Part shown: piece after piece, positions 63,887 to 64,000 of the stretch
Layout of the letters: each line of letters opens with the position of its first letter
Numbering within the stretch: position 1 is the first letter of the stretch
Assembly (NCBI GenBank): GCA_013140985.1
Contig: JABFRU010000035.1
Location: 849 to 64,848 of the forward strand
From: Chitinophagaceae bacterium
GTDB taxonomy: Bacteria > Bacteroidota > Bacteroidia > Chitinophagales > Chitinophagaceae
Reading direction: 5' to 3'
Length of the DNA stretch: 64,000 nucleotides
The notes under the pieces: generated by a model
Seen by the model: only the letters and a program-made list of their open reading frames with translations
Database searches by the model: none
Told to the model about the DNA's origin: nothing
Program-made: the position numbers and the translations under genes

Positions 63887-64000
63887 ATGAAGGTCAACTC
63901 GTACAGTAAGATCCGGGGAATTATATTGCTTTTCTTACTGCAATCATGTTGTCTGTCCTTTATCCGGGCACAGAGAGGAAATTTTACCGGCAATTTTAAT
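63887..64000 (+). CDS. Start of a secreted protein gene (runs off the window)
   Basis: The ATG at 63887 gives MKVNSYSKIRGIILLFLLQSCCLSFIRAQRGNFTGNFN, a signal-peptide-like sequence that stays open to the window end. Only 38 codons are visible. Confidence 0.4.
   Translation, partial: MKVNSYSKIRGIILLFLLQSCCLSFIRAQRGNFTGNFN

Noticed and set aside
1-64000. Mobile elements, prophage, defence islands, toxin-antitoxin pairs, tRNA/rRNA genes.
   Set aside because: I saw no transposase, integrase, recombinase, phage structural or replication genes, restriction-modification genes, nucleases or ATPases of defence type, or small paired ORFs. I also saw no tRNA-like T-arm (GGTTCGAATCC-type) sequences in the non-coding gaps. 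Composition looks uniform by eye.

Overview
This window is a chromosomal, mostly housekeeping segment of a Bacteroidota genome. The phylum call rests on two SusC/SusD pairs, a T9SS C-terminal sorting domain and TAnnTTTG-type promoter boxes. A Chitinophagia/Sphingobacteriia-like origin is only a guess. I call about 60 protein genes. Housekeeping and envelope genes include alaS, gatB, recO, prfA, gcvH, serS, purD, kynA and a complete mreB-mreC-mreD-mrdA-rodA rod-shape cluster. Surface and transport genes include two tandem SusC/SusD pairs with no enzymes or regulator nearby, an MMPL/RND exporter, a PorZ-like T9SS propeller protein, and an OPT plus two POT peptide transporters in a row. The rest includes two ECF sigma operons, a DUF1800/DUF1501 pair and an AlkB-like hydroxylase operon. 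I saw no rRNA, tRNA, CRISPR array, transposase, integrase, phage gene or recognisable defence gene. I do not see a clear multi-gene novel system. The most unusual thing, visible directly in the DNA, is a recurrent non-coding architecture. Short spacers between genes are filled by arrays of tandem 7-8 nt units. These arrays run to within 0-25 nt of the next start codon and often have inverted copies upstream that would form a hairpin. The unit sequence differs between loci, although two unlinked loci share the octamer GNCNGNAA. Related units also occur inside two coding sequences, alaS and an amidohydrolase. The second lead is a small secreted Cys-x-Cys protein whose gene overlaps the start of the alkB-like gene. 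By eye its cysteine spacing and motifs resemble the TIMP/NTR N-domain. Many ORF-track starts are over-extended through TTG/GTG codons, and I trimmed them where homologue N-termini or signal peptides made the real start clear. All homology statements come from recognising motifs by eye; no searches were run.
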